The notes beneath the pieces were generated by a model. The model was not told the DNA's origin. It did no database searches and saw only the letters and a program-made list of their open reading frames with translations. This document shows, in pieces, positions 48,717-58,461 of a stretch of 64,000 nucleotides of DNA. Source of the stretch: Patescibacteria group bacterium (GTDB lineage: Bacteria; Patescibacteriota; Patescibacteriia; JAXHNJ01); NCBI GenBank assembly GCA_034520665.1, contig JAXHNJ010000001.1, positions 66,579 through 130,578 of the forward strand. The letters run 5' to 3'. How positions within the stretch are numbered: the stretch's first letter is position 1; each line of letters begins with the position of its first letter. Made by a program: the position numbers and the translations under genes.

Positions 48717-49499
48717 ATGGCTAAAAATAAAAAATCGAAAAAAGAATTAATTATCATAGCTAATTGGAAGATGAACTTATTTTATCAGGATACTGAAGAT
48801 TTGATTATTAATCTAAGAGAAATTTTAAAAAATTATAGGGGTAAAATGGAAGTAGTTATTTGTCCCTCTTTGACCTATTTGGACCGGGCTCATGAAATAT
48901 TAATTGCTTCAAAAATTAAGCTTGGAGCCCAAAATGTTTTTTGGGAGAAAGACGGTAATTATACTGGGGAAGTTTCGCCAAAGATGTTGAAAGAACTCGG
49001 TTGCCAGTATGTAATTATCGGTCATTCAGAGAGGAGAAAATATTTGGGAGAAACTGATGAAATGGTTGATCGTAAAACTGTTAATACTTTGCGTAATCAT
49101 TTAACCCCAATAGTTTGTGTGGGTGAAACTAAAGATGAAAGAAGGCAGCAGGTTCACCAGATGGTAGTAACTGATCAGGTAAAAAAAGCCTTGCGCTATC
49201 TTAATCCTATTTTCAGGAAGGAAAGAATTATAATTGCTTATGAACCGGTCTGGTCAATATATCCGGGACAGCCTTGTTCTCCGGATGAAGCCAAAGAAAT
49301 GGCTTTAGTTATAGAGCAGGCTTTGATAGATCTCTATCCGAAAAAAGTGGTTGGAAATAATTTTAATATCATTTATGGCGGCAGTATCAATGAAAAAAAT
49401 GTTCTTGATTATATTGACCAAAAACATTTTCAGGGCGGATTAGTCGGCAATGCTTCGTTAGATCATAAAAGTTTTTATAAGATTATTAAAAAATTATAA
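48717..49499 (+). CDS. tpiA: triosephosphate isomerase
   Basis: IIANWKMN, IGHSERR, IAYEPVWSI, GGSI. Confidence 0.93.
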   Translation: MAKNKKSKKELIIIANWKMNLFYQDTEDLIINLREILKNYRGKMEVVICPSLTYLDRAHEILIASKIKLGAQNVFWEKDGNYTGEVSPKMLKELGCQYVIIGHSERRKYLGETDEMVDRKTVNTLRNHLTPIVCVGETKDERRQQVHQMVVTDQVKKALRYLNPIFRKERIIIAYEPVWSIYPGQPCSPDEAKEMALVIEQALIDLYPKKVVGNNFNIIYGGSINEKNVLDYIDQKHFQGGLVGNASLDHKSFYKIIKKL

Positions 49500-49508
49500 A
49501 ATAAACCT

Positions 49509-50393
49509 ATGCTTGTCTCTTTAAAAAAGTTAGTAGAACAGGCTCATCAGCATAAATACGCTGTGGGAGCTTTTAATACTTCAAATTTGGAAGTAACTCA
49601 AGGGATTATCCAGGGTGCTGTGGAAATGCAGGCCCCGGTTATTATCCAAGTCTCAGAAACCGCTATTAAATACGCTGGCTTAAAATCAATCACAGCCATT
49701 GTTGAAACTGTAGCCAAAAATGAAGCGGTTAATATTCCAGTAGCTCTTCATCTTGATCACGGTCGTAGTTTTCGAGCCGTAGCAGAATGTATAGAAGCCG
49801 GTTTTTCCTCAATCATGATTGATGCTTCAAATTTACCTTTTGACGAAAATGTAACTATTACCAAACAGTCAGTTGAGTACGCTCATAAAAAAGGTGTTTG
49901 GGCCCAAGGAGAATTAGGTAAGATTAGCGGTTCAGAAGACTATATAGTAGTTGATAAAAAAGACGCCTATTTTACTGATCCTAAAGAAGCAAAAAAATTT
50001 GCTAAGCAGACAAAAGTTGATACTCTAGCCGTTTCAGTAGGTAACGTTCATGGTATTTATAAATTACGTAAGGGTGTGCCTAAATTAAATCAAAAAAGAT
50101 TAAAAGAAATTCACCAGATAATTCCTGAAATTCCTTTAGTTTTACATGGAGCTTCTGGTTTGCCAGAAGATGCGATTATTGAAGGGGTTAAAAACGGTAT
50201 TAGAATTATTAATATTGATACCGAACTTCGTTTAGCTTTTACTGATAAATTAAGAGAAACCTTAGAAAATGATAAAAAAGAATACGATCCCAGAAAAGTT
50301 TTAAAGCCATCAACTGAGGCAGTCAAAAAAATAGTAAAAAAGAAAATCAAAATTTTTCAATCTGAAGGACAAGCTAAGAATTTTCAAAAATAA
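49509..50393 (+). CDS. fba: fructose-bisphosphate aldolase class II
   Basis: AVGAFNTSNLE, LHLDHG, VSVGNVHG. Confidence 0.9.
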   Translation: MLVSLKKLVEQAHQHKYAVGAFNTSNLEVTQGIIQGAVEMQAPVIIQVSETAIKYAGLKSITAIVETVAKNEAVNIPVALHLDHGRSFRAVAECIEAGFSSIMIDASNLPFDENVTITKQSVEYAHKKGVWAQGELGKISGSEDYIVVDKKDAYFTDPKEAKKFAKQTKVDTLAVSVGNVHGIYKLRKGVPKLNQKRLKEIHQIIPEIPLVLHGASGLPEDAIIEGVKNGIRIINIDTELRLAFTDKLRETLENDKKEYDPRKVLKPSTEAVKKIVKKKIKIFQSEGQAKNFQK

Positions 50394-50414
50394 TTAACTA
50401 TTAATTATAAATAT

Positions 50415-51425
50415 ATGAGTAAAAAAATTGCCATCAATGGATTTGGTCGTATAGGCCGAACCACCTTAAAAATTTTAATTGAAAAAAAAGATGTAGAAAT
50501 TGTAGCGGTTAATGATTTAACTGATGTGAAAACATTAGCTCATCTTTTAAAATATGATTCTTCTTACGGCATTTATAATCATGAGGTAGATTTTAAGGAG
50601 AAAAAACTAATAATTGATGGAAATAAAATAAAAGTAATTTCAGAAAAAGATCCCGAAAATTTACCCTGGGATAAACTGGATATTGACATAGTTTTAGAAT
50701 GCACTGGAATTTTTCGTGATTTTGAAGGAGCTAATAAACATATAAAAGCCGGAGCTAAAAAAGTAATAATTTCAGCCCCGGCTAGGAGTGAAAATATAAA
50801 AACTTTTGTTTTAGGGGTAAATGATGATGATTATGAACCCGATAAGGACAAAATTATATCTAATGCTTCTTGTACCACTAATTGTTTAACTCCTCTAGTG
50901 CATGTTTTAAATAAAGCTTTTGGTATTGATAAGGGATTAATGACTACTGTACATAGCTATACTAGTGATCAAAAACTTCAAGATTTGCCTCATAAGGATT
51001 TAAGGAGAGCTAGGGCTGCGGCTTTAAATATTATTCCTACCTCTACTGGTGCGGCTAAAACTACTACCAAAATAATTACCGAACTTGATAAAAAAATTGA
51101 CGGTCTAGCTTTTCGAGTACCGACACCAGTTGTGTCAGTAGTTGACTTTGTTTGTTTATTAAAGAAGGAAACTACTAAAGAGGAAATTGATAAAGCTTTT
51201 ATAGAGGCCTCTAAAAGCAAAAAATTAAAAGGAATTTTAGGAGTTTCCAATGAAGGTTTAGTTTCTATGGATTATAAGGGCAATCCCTTTTCCTCAATTA
51301 TTGATTTACCTTTAACAAATGTGGTTGGTGGTAATTTAATAAAAATAGTAGCTTGGTATGATAATGAATGGGGCTACGCTACTCGTTTAGCAGAATTATG
51401 TCAGCTAGTTAGTAAAAAAATATAA
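50415..51425 (+). CDS. gap: glyceraldehyde-3-phosphate dehydrogenase
   Basis: INGFGRIGR, ASCTTNCL, WYDNEWGY. Confidence 0.95.
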   Translation: MSKKIAINGFGRIGRTTLKILIEKKDVEIVAVNDLTDVKTLAHLLKYDSSYGIYNHEVDFKEKKLIIDGNKIKVISEKDPENLPWDKLDIDIVLECTGIFRDFEGANKHIKAGAKKVIISAPARSENIKTFVLGVNDDDYEPDKDKIISNASCTTNCLTPLVHVLNKAFGIDKGLMTTVHSYTSDQKLQDLPHKDLRRARAAALNIIPTSTGAAKTTTKIITELDKKIDGLAFRVPTPVVSVVDFVCLLKKETTKEEIDKAFIEASKSKKLKGILGVSNEGLVSMDYKGNPFSSIIDLPLTNVVGGNLIKIVAWYDNEWGYATRLAELCQLVSKKI

Positions 51426-51463
51426 TTAATAATTATTTTTAATAGGGAAGGAGGTGAAAAGTT

Positions 51464-51703
51464 AATGTTTAAACTTAATAACAAAATATTAGTTGAATGT
51501 TTTTGGTGGTTTGGCTTAGTTTGTGCTTTATTTGGTATAGTTACTGAAATTTCAGGGCAACAAGTTTATCTTTCCTCTTATTTTTATTTAGAAGTAGCAG
51601 TAGTTGCTTTTTTAGCCGGTGTTTTTACCAAGATAAAAGATTAATAAACAAGAATAGTATTATTTTTATATTTTCTTCAGATCATAAGAAAGCGGTTTAT
51701 TGA
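51464..51703 (+). CDS. hypothetical small membrane protein
   Basis: 79-codon frame read by hand; it is absent from the supplied ORF track. Strong GGAAGGAGGTG RBS 6 nt upstream. One TM helix. Confidence 0.35.
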
Positions 51704-51744
51704 CTGATTAGAAAAAAAATGTTATTTTCTATGTTATAAAACAG

Positions 51745-51819
51745 GCCGCTTTCGTCTAGCTTGGTTTAGGACGCATCCCTCTCACGGATGAAACACGGGT
51801 TCAAATCCCGTAGGCGGTA
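51745..51819 (+). tRNA. tRNA-Glu (anticodon CTC)
   Basis: Hand-folded. Acceptor GCCGCTT/AGGCGGT (two GU pairs, including 1-72). D-arm GTCT-AGCTTGGTTTA-GGAC. Anticodon stem CATCC/GGATG with loop CTCTCAC. T-arm ACGGG-TTCAAAT-CCCGT. No CCA. Confidence 0.65.
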
Positions 51820-52027
51820 TTTCAAATTTGTTGTGATTTTTTCACCAGTTACTATAAGTTAATTTATATTATATTAAAAAATTGCTTAGGCCATAGATTA
51901 TTGAGGGAGAAACTATATTATATTCAAGTACTTTAAAGCTTTTTTTCTAATTTATAAATGATATATTTTTAATTAAACTTTAAATCTTATTTAAACTATC
52001 TGTTAAAAAAAAGATAGTTTTAATTTT

Positions 52028-53140
52028 ATGAAAATTGCTATAATTACACAAAGCTATTATCCGGTTAAAGGAGGGGTGGCCGAACACGTTCACGCTCTTT
52101 CTGGAGAGTTAGAAAAAAGAGGGCATGAAGTAGTGATAATAACCGGTAATTTTACCGGCTTTGATGATAATTTTGGCCGTAATGTTATTCGTATCGGCCG
52201 TGACCTGACAATTTTAGCTAACGGCGCTTTCTGCAATGTTACGATTAGCCTACAGTTTAAGAAACTTTTGGAAAAAATTGAAAAAAAAGAAAAATTTGAT
52301 GTTGTTCATATCCATCAGCCGATTGACCCAGTATTGCCACTTCTGGCCACTAAATATTTAAAAGCTCCAAAAGTCGGCACTTTCCATACCTATCAGAAGA
52401 AAAACTTTTGGCTGGAAATGTTAAAAGAGCCAGCCGAGCCTTATTTCAAAAGGCTAAAGGCTCTAATTGCTGTTTCCAGTTCAGCCCGGCAGTTTATTTC
52501 GCAGTATTATAAGGCTGATTATCATATTATACCTAACGGTATAGATACCAAACGTTTTTCTCCTGAAGTTAAGCCAATGGAGCAATATAAAAATGACAAA
52601 GATTTTAAAATTCTTTTTTTGGGTCGTATGGATCCAAGAAAGGGTTTTAAATATTTATTAAGAGCTTTTCCTTTAATCTATCAGAAAATTACTAATGTTA
52701 AAATAATAGTAGTTGGTGGCGGTATTATGAAGCATTGGTATAAAATGGCTCTGCCTTCTGAATTATCGCCAAGAGTGGATTATCACGGTTTTGTGCCCAA
52801 TGATCAGGTACCGCGTTTTTATGCTGCCTGTGATTTGTACTGTTCACCAGCTACTAGGGGTGAAAGCTTTGGTATTGTATTATTAGAGGCCATGGCTTCG
52901 GGTAAACCGGTGGTGGCTTCAAATATCCATGGGTATAACTCTATAGTCAAGGACGGTCAGACCGGATTTCTGGTCGAAAAGAAAAACCCTCTAGCTTTAG
53001 CGGAATCTATTATTAAATTGGCAAAAAATAAAGAGATGAGAAATAATATGGAAAAGTTTGCAAGAGAAGAAGCTTTAAAGTATGACTGGAAGAAGGTGAC
53101 CGATCGGATAGAGAGAGTTTATAAAGAAGTTTTAAGCTAA
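52028..53140 (+). CDS. glycosyltransferase family 4 (GT-B, group 1)
   Basis: MKIAIITQSYYPVKGGVAEHV N-terminus. C-terminal GESFGIVLLEAMASGKPVVA. Confidence 0.85.
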   Translation: MKIAIITQSYYPVKGGVAEHVHALSGELEKRGHEVVIITGNFTGFDDNFGRNVIRIGRDLTILANGAFCNVTISLQFKKLLEKIEKKEKFDVVHIHQPIDPVLPLLATKYLKAPKVGTFHTYQKKNFWLEMLKEPAEPYFKRLKALIAVSSSARQFISQYYKADYHIIPNGIDTKRFSPEVKPMEQYKNDKDFKILFLGRMDPRKGFKYLLRAFPLIYQKITNVKIIVVGGGIMKHWYKMALPSELSPRVDYHGFVPNDQVPRFYAACDLYCSPATRGESFGIVLLEAMASGKPVVASNIHGYNSIVKDGQTGFLVEKKNPLALAESIIKLAKNKEMRNNMEKFAREEALKYDWKKVTDRIERVYKEVLS

Positions 53141-53144
53141 AAAA

Positions 53145-55028
53145 ATGCCTAAAAAAAAGCATAAAATAATTAAATTAATTTTATGGAGCTTTATTTCTCT
53201 AGTTCTTTTTTTTAGTATTTTGTATTTTTCCTTTGTCTTAGTTATTACGCCATCCCCCCAGCCGAAATTTATACCAAGCCAAAATAATTTGAAAGTAAAT
53301 AAAGCGGTTGAATTTGATTTTAATATACCCATAGCCAGAGAAGTGAAAGTTGATATTGAGCCAGAAACTTTAGGGGTGGTTAGTTATGAAAATAAATTAA
53401 TTAATAATCATTTATCACGGACAATAGTTTTTACTCCGGAATATAATTGGCAGGCTGAAACAAATTATAAAATTACTCTTTCTAATCTTAGAAATGCTTT
53501 GCCTGGTTTTCGTTCTTCAAAAACATACAGTTTTAATTTTCAGACCGAGAAATTGCCAAGTATTAAAAAAGTTTCTCCTTCACAAAAGGAAAAAATAGAA
53601 CTGCTTAAATATTTTACCATTGAATTTGATAAAAAACCGAAAAATTTAGCTGAATATTATTTTGAGTTTGATCCTCAAATAAGTTTTACTAAGGAAATCA
53701 GCCAGGATGGAAAAATTCACACTCTTAAACCTAATCTTCTGCTTTCACAAGGCACAGAATATAATCTAACAATAAAAAGAAGTAAAATTAGAAAAATCTT
53801 TTGCCAAGAAGAAATAGTAGAATGTTTACAAAAAGAAACTGTTTGGCTGGGATCCTGGACAGTTCAGGAGGCTCCTTATATTAATAATTTTTATCCCAAG
53901 GGTGATAAGGTTGACTTAGACAGCCAGATAAAAATAAATTTTAGTCAGGAAGTTGATTTGAATTCATTCCTAGAAAAAGTGAAAATCTCTCCTGAATTAT
54001 CCGGTCAGTGGACGACCAGTGATAATCTTACTTTTATTTTCGAGCCGGAAAACATGGTTAAGGATATGAAATATGAAGTGCTAATTTTAAAAGATTTAAA
54101 AACAAAAAACGGCGGATATTTTGAGGAGAATTCTCTTCATAGTTTTACTACCAAAGGACCGGTAAAAATGATAAATTCTTTTCCGCAGGCCGGAGATACT
54201 GGTATTTTAGTAAATAGTCCTATAAAAACTACTTTTAGCGGTTCAGTTGATCACTCTTCAGCTCAAAACCATTTTTTAATAGAGCCGGCTATTGAAGGTG
54301 ATTTTTCCTGGGATAACAATACTATGATATTTATACCAAGGCAGAGTTTAGATTTTAATAAAACCTACACCATCTCTTTAAGTCCGGGTATTGTTTCCCA
54401 TGAATTATATGATTCTGAAAGTGAGTTTAATTTTAGTTTTTCTACTGAATTATCAACAACTAAACTTGAGGTGTCTTTTCACCGTCAGGAACATAATCTA
54501 TCCTGTGAAGTAGCCACTTTAGTTATGGCTTTAAATTATAAAGGGGTTAATGTAGGCGAAGCAGAATTAATTAATTTAATTGGTTTTGATCCGACTCCAA
54601 AACAAAACGGAATTTGGGGTAATCCGCACATTGCTTTTGTTGGTGATATTGATGGACTTCAGCCATCTACTGGTTATGGAGTTTATTGGCAGCCGATTGC
54701 CGCCGCCGGACAGAATTACCGCCCCACCCGCTGGTTCACCGATGGCCGCTTGGAAACTATTACTAGTGAAATAAAAAAAGGCAACCCAGTGATTATCTGG
54801 GGCACCGCTGGTACCGGCCGGAGAATAGACTGGAAAACTACTTCCGGTGGTAATGTAGTGGCAGTTACTGGCGAACATACTATGGTGGTCACCGGATTTA
54901 TCGGCTCAGCTTCCAACCCCACCCGCATTATCGTACTCGATCCGCTTTACGGCGAAAAAACCTTTAGCCAGTCTTCTTTTTTATGGAACTGGGGCCTTTT
55001 AAATCGTAGCGGGGTAGTGGTTGAGTAG
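53145..55028 (+). CDS. membrane-anchored surface protein with tandem Ig-like domains and C-terminal C39-like (YvpB-type) cysteine peptidase domain
   Basis: 627 aa. N-terminal TM. C-terminal SCEVATLVMALNYKG...GNPVIIWG...HTMVVTGF (Cys/His arrangement of Peptidase_C39_2). Confidence 0.6.
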   Translation: MPKKKHKIIKLILWSFISLVLFFSILYFSFVLVITPSPQPKFIPSQNNLKVNKAVEFDFNIPIAREVKVDIEPETLGVVSYENKLINNHLSRTIVFTPEYNWQAETNYKITLSNLRNALPGFRSSKTYSFNFQTEKLPSIKKVSPSQKEKIELLKYFTIEFDKKPKNLAEYYFEFDPQISFTKEISQDGKIHTLKPNLLLSQGTEYNLTIKRSKIRKIFCQEEIVECLQKETVWLGSWTVQEAPYINNFYPKGDKVDLDSQIKINFSQEVDLNSFLEKVKISPELSGQWTTSDNLTFIFEPENMVKDMKYEVLILKDLKTKNGGYFEENSLHSFTTKGPVKMINSFPQAGDTGILVNSPIKTTFSGSVDHSSAQNHFLIEPAIEGDFSWDNNTMIFIPRQSLDFNKTYTISLSPGIVSHELYDSESEFNFSFSTELSTTKLEVSFHRQEHNLSCEVATLVMALNYKGVNVGEAELINLIGFDPTPKQNGIWGNPHIAFVGDIDGLQPSTGYGVYWQPIAAAGQNYRPTRWFTDGRLETITSEIKKGNPVIIWGTAGTGRRIDWKTTSGGNVVAVTGEHTMVVTGFIGSASNPTRIIVLDPLYGEKTFSQSSFLWNWGLLNRSGVVVE

Positions 55029-55029
55029 G

Positions 55030-55200
55030 AGGGAGTTAGTTAATTAGTTAGGTAGTTAATTGGTTGATTAGTTTTAGCTAGTGGCAAATCCTTTCGTATC
55101 TTTACCAGACTTGTCTTTGTGGAATTTAAATAGTTAATTGGTTGATTAGTTGATTAGTGATTAACTAATTAATTATATAGACCCATAGTTGATTGCTTAA
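55030..55200. repeat. AT-rich TAACTAAT/CAACCAAT-type oligomer repeat tract, both orientations
   Basis: AGTTAATTAGTTAGGTAGTTAATTGGTTGATTAGTT and TAGTGATTAACTAATTAATT share motifs with the leader modules at 41546, 42930, 43900 and 62625. Confidence 0.5.
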
Positions 55201-55269
55201 ATAAAAGGAATCTGTTGACAAAAATGGCAAAATTTATTATTATTTACTATCAATAAAGTATTTATTTGT

Positions 55270-57246
55270 ATGAACAATCAAGAAAAAGATATGTCTTCTG
55301 TTTGCCCTCATTGTGGTTACCCACTAGAAATTAAAGAGCATTCACCTGACTGTCCGAATAATCCGGCTAATCAAAAAGAGGATGGGGAGAAATCATCTGA
55401 AAGTCAGGTTGACGAATCTGAACTGCGTTTATTTAGCCGTGAAAATTTGCCTGAGGAAAGAAAAAGATTGGCCGAAGAATTATTGGAAATGCGCCGTCTT
55501 TATTACGAACAGAAAAAGGCGGTTGAAAATAAATTGTCTGAAATTAGATTTTTAATAGAAAGAAAAACTGAAGAGATCGATGATTTAGAAAGAAAACAAA
55601 ATGAATTAGAACAAATTGCTAGTGATAAAAATAAAACGCTTTTTTCTCGCCTGTGGCAGCATAGTACTATCAGAGGTATTGATTCTCAGCTTGAAAGTGT
55701 GCAGTCTGGAATTGAAGATCGAAAAGAAGCTATTGGTGAATTAATAAGAAGTCAAGAAGAGGTAGAGCAAAATCTGGGGGATAAAAAGTTAATAGAAGAG
55801 TCTCGGAGGCGAGTAGACAATTTTTATAAAAGCCACATCGAAGATTTTCTAGAACACCAAGAGAAAAAAAGAATTGAAGAATTAGAAAGATTTGAAAAAG
55901 AAGAAAAATTAAGGCAGGTTGAAAGAATAGCCAGAGATCATAAAGGGGCATTTTTACACGGGATCATGAATAAACACGCCCCGGGTACTAATTCATTATT
56001 ACAGAACGGGACTTCCTTTGAAACTAAATTAAAACTGGCTATTGGGCTCGAACCCACTCTTTCAACTTCAGTGATCCAAAAAGGTGATAGCCCTAAAGCC
56101 ACCTGGGCCCGAATGGGAGTGGTTATTAGTGAGGGTCGGGTTGACTCAGCCAGTTCACAGGACTCAGCCACAGTAGCCAAAAGTTTATCAAAAAGAACAG
56201 TCGGAGCCGGTTCGGAAAAAATTGCCGATATCGAAACAAGCGTTCGCGGTAAGTCTTCCACTGATTATAATGAATTTGTAGTCTCTAGCCCTAAGATTGC
56301 TGGCATGTATTATTCTCCCGAACATCATGGTTTAAAATCAAGTATTTCTGAAGATGAATTTTTTTCTCTAGCAAAAAACTTAGAACTTCCTACCTATGTA
56401 GTTAAGAGTGGAGAATTATTTGAAATTAGTCTTGATGAAGAAAGTGGAGAATTAATAATTGGCGATTCGGTTGATCCGGAAAAAATCAAAGAAAATGCAA
56501 AAATATTTTCTGAGGAAGAGAAAGATAATATTTTAACTGAAACCCTTGAGAACGATATGCCTTTTCGGGTCGAAAGTATTTTACCGGAAGCAAGACTACT
56601 TAGTTCTCGTTCAAATGGCATAGAATTATATTTGCAATTACAGCAAAATAAACTCGATACAAAAAATTTAGGCGAAAAAGTGTCAGTTGAATCACTTGGT
56701 CTTTATCCTGATGCTGTAAAAGGGAAGCTAGTTGGCGGTAAAGTTAAAGTAATACAGGAAGTTAAATTTCCTGGAGGAGCTACCATCAGATATTTTGAAA
56801 ATAACGGAATAATTTATCAACAGGAATGGGATTATAATAAAGGTGAATTTAGCCGTAATTTCCGCCAGCCAGAAGATCCTAATCATTTTGCTAGCGAATA
56901 TATTAGAATTTCGCAAAATACCATGAAACTAGACAAAAAGATTAGAAAACCAGAGAATTACCTTGCAGGTATGGAAAAATGTGTTAGGCAAGCATTAGAA
57001 AGATATAATAATATTGATGATCAAGATAAAGAAAATAAAGAATTTTATCATGAATTATTAGGACGATTAGCTTTTCATTTACATGGCTTTGCTGAAACAG
57101 CCGAGCGCTATGGAAATAAAGAAAGCAGTGAGAAAGCCTTAGCTATTGCTGAAAAAATTATCTCTGATGATGATTATCAAGAAATGCTTGAGAGACGTAT
57201 AGATAATAAGGGTAATTTTAAGATTTCTAGAGAAGATTTAGAATAA
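55270..57246 (+). CDS. hypothetical large protein with N-terminal zinc ribbon and extended coiled coil
   Basis: 658 aa. CPHCGYP...CPNN. Heptad-rich 60-230 region. GC-richer central segment. Confidence 0.5.
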   Translation: MNNQEKDMSSVCPHCGYPLEIKEHSPDCPNNPANQKEDGEKSSESQVDESELRLFSRENLPEERKRLAEELLEMRRLYYEQKKAVENKLSEIRFLIERKTEEIDDLERKQNELEQIASDKNKTLFSRLWQHSTIRGIDSQLESVQSGIEDRKEAIGELIRSQEEVEQNLGDKKLIEESRRRVDNFYKSHIEDFLEHQEKKRIEELERFEKEEKLRQVERIARDHKGAFLHGIMNKHAPGTNSLLQNGTSFETKLKLAIGLEPTLSTSVIQKGDSPKATWARMGVVISEGRVDSASSQDSATVAKSLSKRTVGAGSEKIADIETSVRGKSSTDYNEFVVSSPKIAGMYYSPEHHGLKSSISEDEFFSLAKNLELPTYVVKSGELFEISLDEESGELIIGDSVDPEKIKENAKIFSEEEKDNILTETLENDMPFRVESILPEARLLSSRSNGIELYLQLQQNKLDTKNLGEKVSVESLGLYPDAVKGKLVGGKVKVIQEVKFPGGATIRYFENNGIIYQQEWDYNKGEFSRNFRQPEDPNHFASEYIRISQNTMKLDKKIRKPENYLAGMEKCVRQALERYNNIDDQDKENKEFYHELLGRLAFHLHGFAETAERYGNKESSEKALAIAEKIISDDDYQEMLERRIDNKGNFKISREDLE

Positions 57247-57280
57247 TATTTATCAAGATATATAATAACTTAGTAAATTT

Positions 57281-58057
57281 ATGAAAAAAAGAACCTCCAC
57301 TATAATACTATTACTACTTTTCGCTTCTTTAATCTGGTTTGGCCGGCATCAGATATTAGATGTTTTGGATTCCTGGACAGCTGAACCGATTCCGGAGGTA
57401 ACTCCTAAAGATGAGGTTATCAAAAACGAAAATACTAATGAGAATTTAAATACTAATCAAGCCCCGGAACCAGTGGTTTTGCCCGATGAATTTAATTTGA
57501 ACGTACCCTTTACTACTCAATCACCGTATGCTGAATGGACCGAGCAGGATAATGAATCTTGCGAAGAAGCGGCTCTTTTAATTACTCATTATTATTGGCA
57601 GGACAAAGCTTTTACTAAAGAAATTGCTAAGCAGGAACTGCAAAAAATAGTTGATTTTGAAATGGATTATTTTGGTTATTATAAAGATACGACAGCTGAA
57701 GAAACTGCTGAATTAGCCCAGCAAATGTGGGGTTATGACAAAGTTGAAGTTATTTCAGATTTTACTATGGAAGACATTAAAAAGCATGTTTATCAGGGCC
57801 GGCCAGTTATTTTACCAACCGCCGGACGCATGCTGGATAATCCAAATTTTCGCAGTCCGGGACCTCTATACCACATGCTGGTGGTGAGGGGCTGGAACAA
57901 AGATAATATTATCACTAATGATCCGGGTACTCGCAAAGGGGAAAATTTTCAATACACCCCGGAAAATTTATACAAGGCTATTCATGACTGGAATGACGGT
58001 GATCCAGTCAATGGCCAGAAAGTCATTATTGTCATCTATGGAGAAAATAGTACTTAA
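57281..58057 (+). CDS. C39-like (YvpB-type) peptidase domain protein, secreted
   Basis: 258 aa. Signal/TM. SCEEAALLITHYY...GRPVILP...HMLVVRGWN parallels the C-terminus of the 53145 gene. Confidence 0.6.
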   Translation: MKKRTSTIILLLLFASLIWFGRHQILDVLDSWTAEPIPEVTPKDEVIKNENTNENLNTNQAPEPVVLPDEFNLNVPFTTQSPYAEWTEQDNESCEEAALLITHYYWQDKAFTKEIAKQELQKIVDFEMDYFGYYKDTTAEETAELAQQMWGYDKVEVISDFTMEDIKKHVYQGRPVILPTAGRMLDNPNFRSPGPLYHMLVVRGWNKDNIITNDPGTRKGENFQYTPENLYKAIHDWNDGDPVNGQKVIIVIYGENST

Positions 58058-58176
58058 AATTATTGGCTGCCGAATAAACGGAACTACTATTTAATTTTTT
58101 AATTAGGGAGTGGACGAATTTTATTCGGCGGCTTTTTTATTTGCTTTATTTTAACTTATAGGCTACACTTGTGAAT

Positions 58177-58196
58177 AAGTATGAAATTTCATACTT
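58177..58196. promoter_or_regulatory. perfect 20-bp palindrome (candidate operator) upstream of AbrB-like regulator
   Basis: AAGTATGAAATTTCATACTT, 22 nt upstream of the 58219 start. Confidence 0.45.
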
Positions 58197-58218
58197 TTCA
58201 TATTAATGATTATTTATT

Positions 58219-58461
58219 ATGACTAAAACAAACCATATTAATATTGGCGGCACCACCAAAATGGGAAAACGCGGACAAGTAGTTATTCCGGCTGATATCA
58301 GGCGAGAAATGAAATTAAAAAAAGGTGACCATTTACTGGTTTTTTACAGAAAAGGCCATTTAATTGGTCTGGTAAAATCGGACCAACTTGATAAGATGCT
58401 TAGCAAGATGACCGGACAACTTACCAAGTTAAAAAAGTTAAAAAAAGATATTACGAGATAA
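58219..58461 (+). CDS. AbrB/MazE/SpoVT-family DNA-binding protein
   Basis: GKRGQVVIPADIRREMKLKKGDHLLV swapped-hairpin motif. True start may be the internal Met. Confidence 0.65.
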   Translation: MTKTNHINIGGTTKMGKRGQVVIPADIRREMKLKKGDHLLVFYRKGHLIGLVKSDQLDKMLSKMTGQLTKLKKLKKDITR

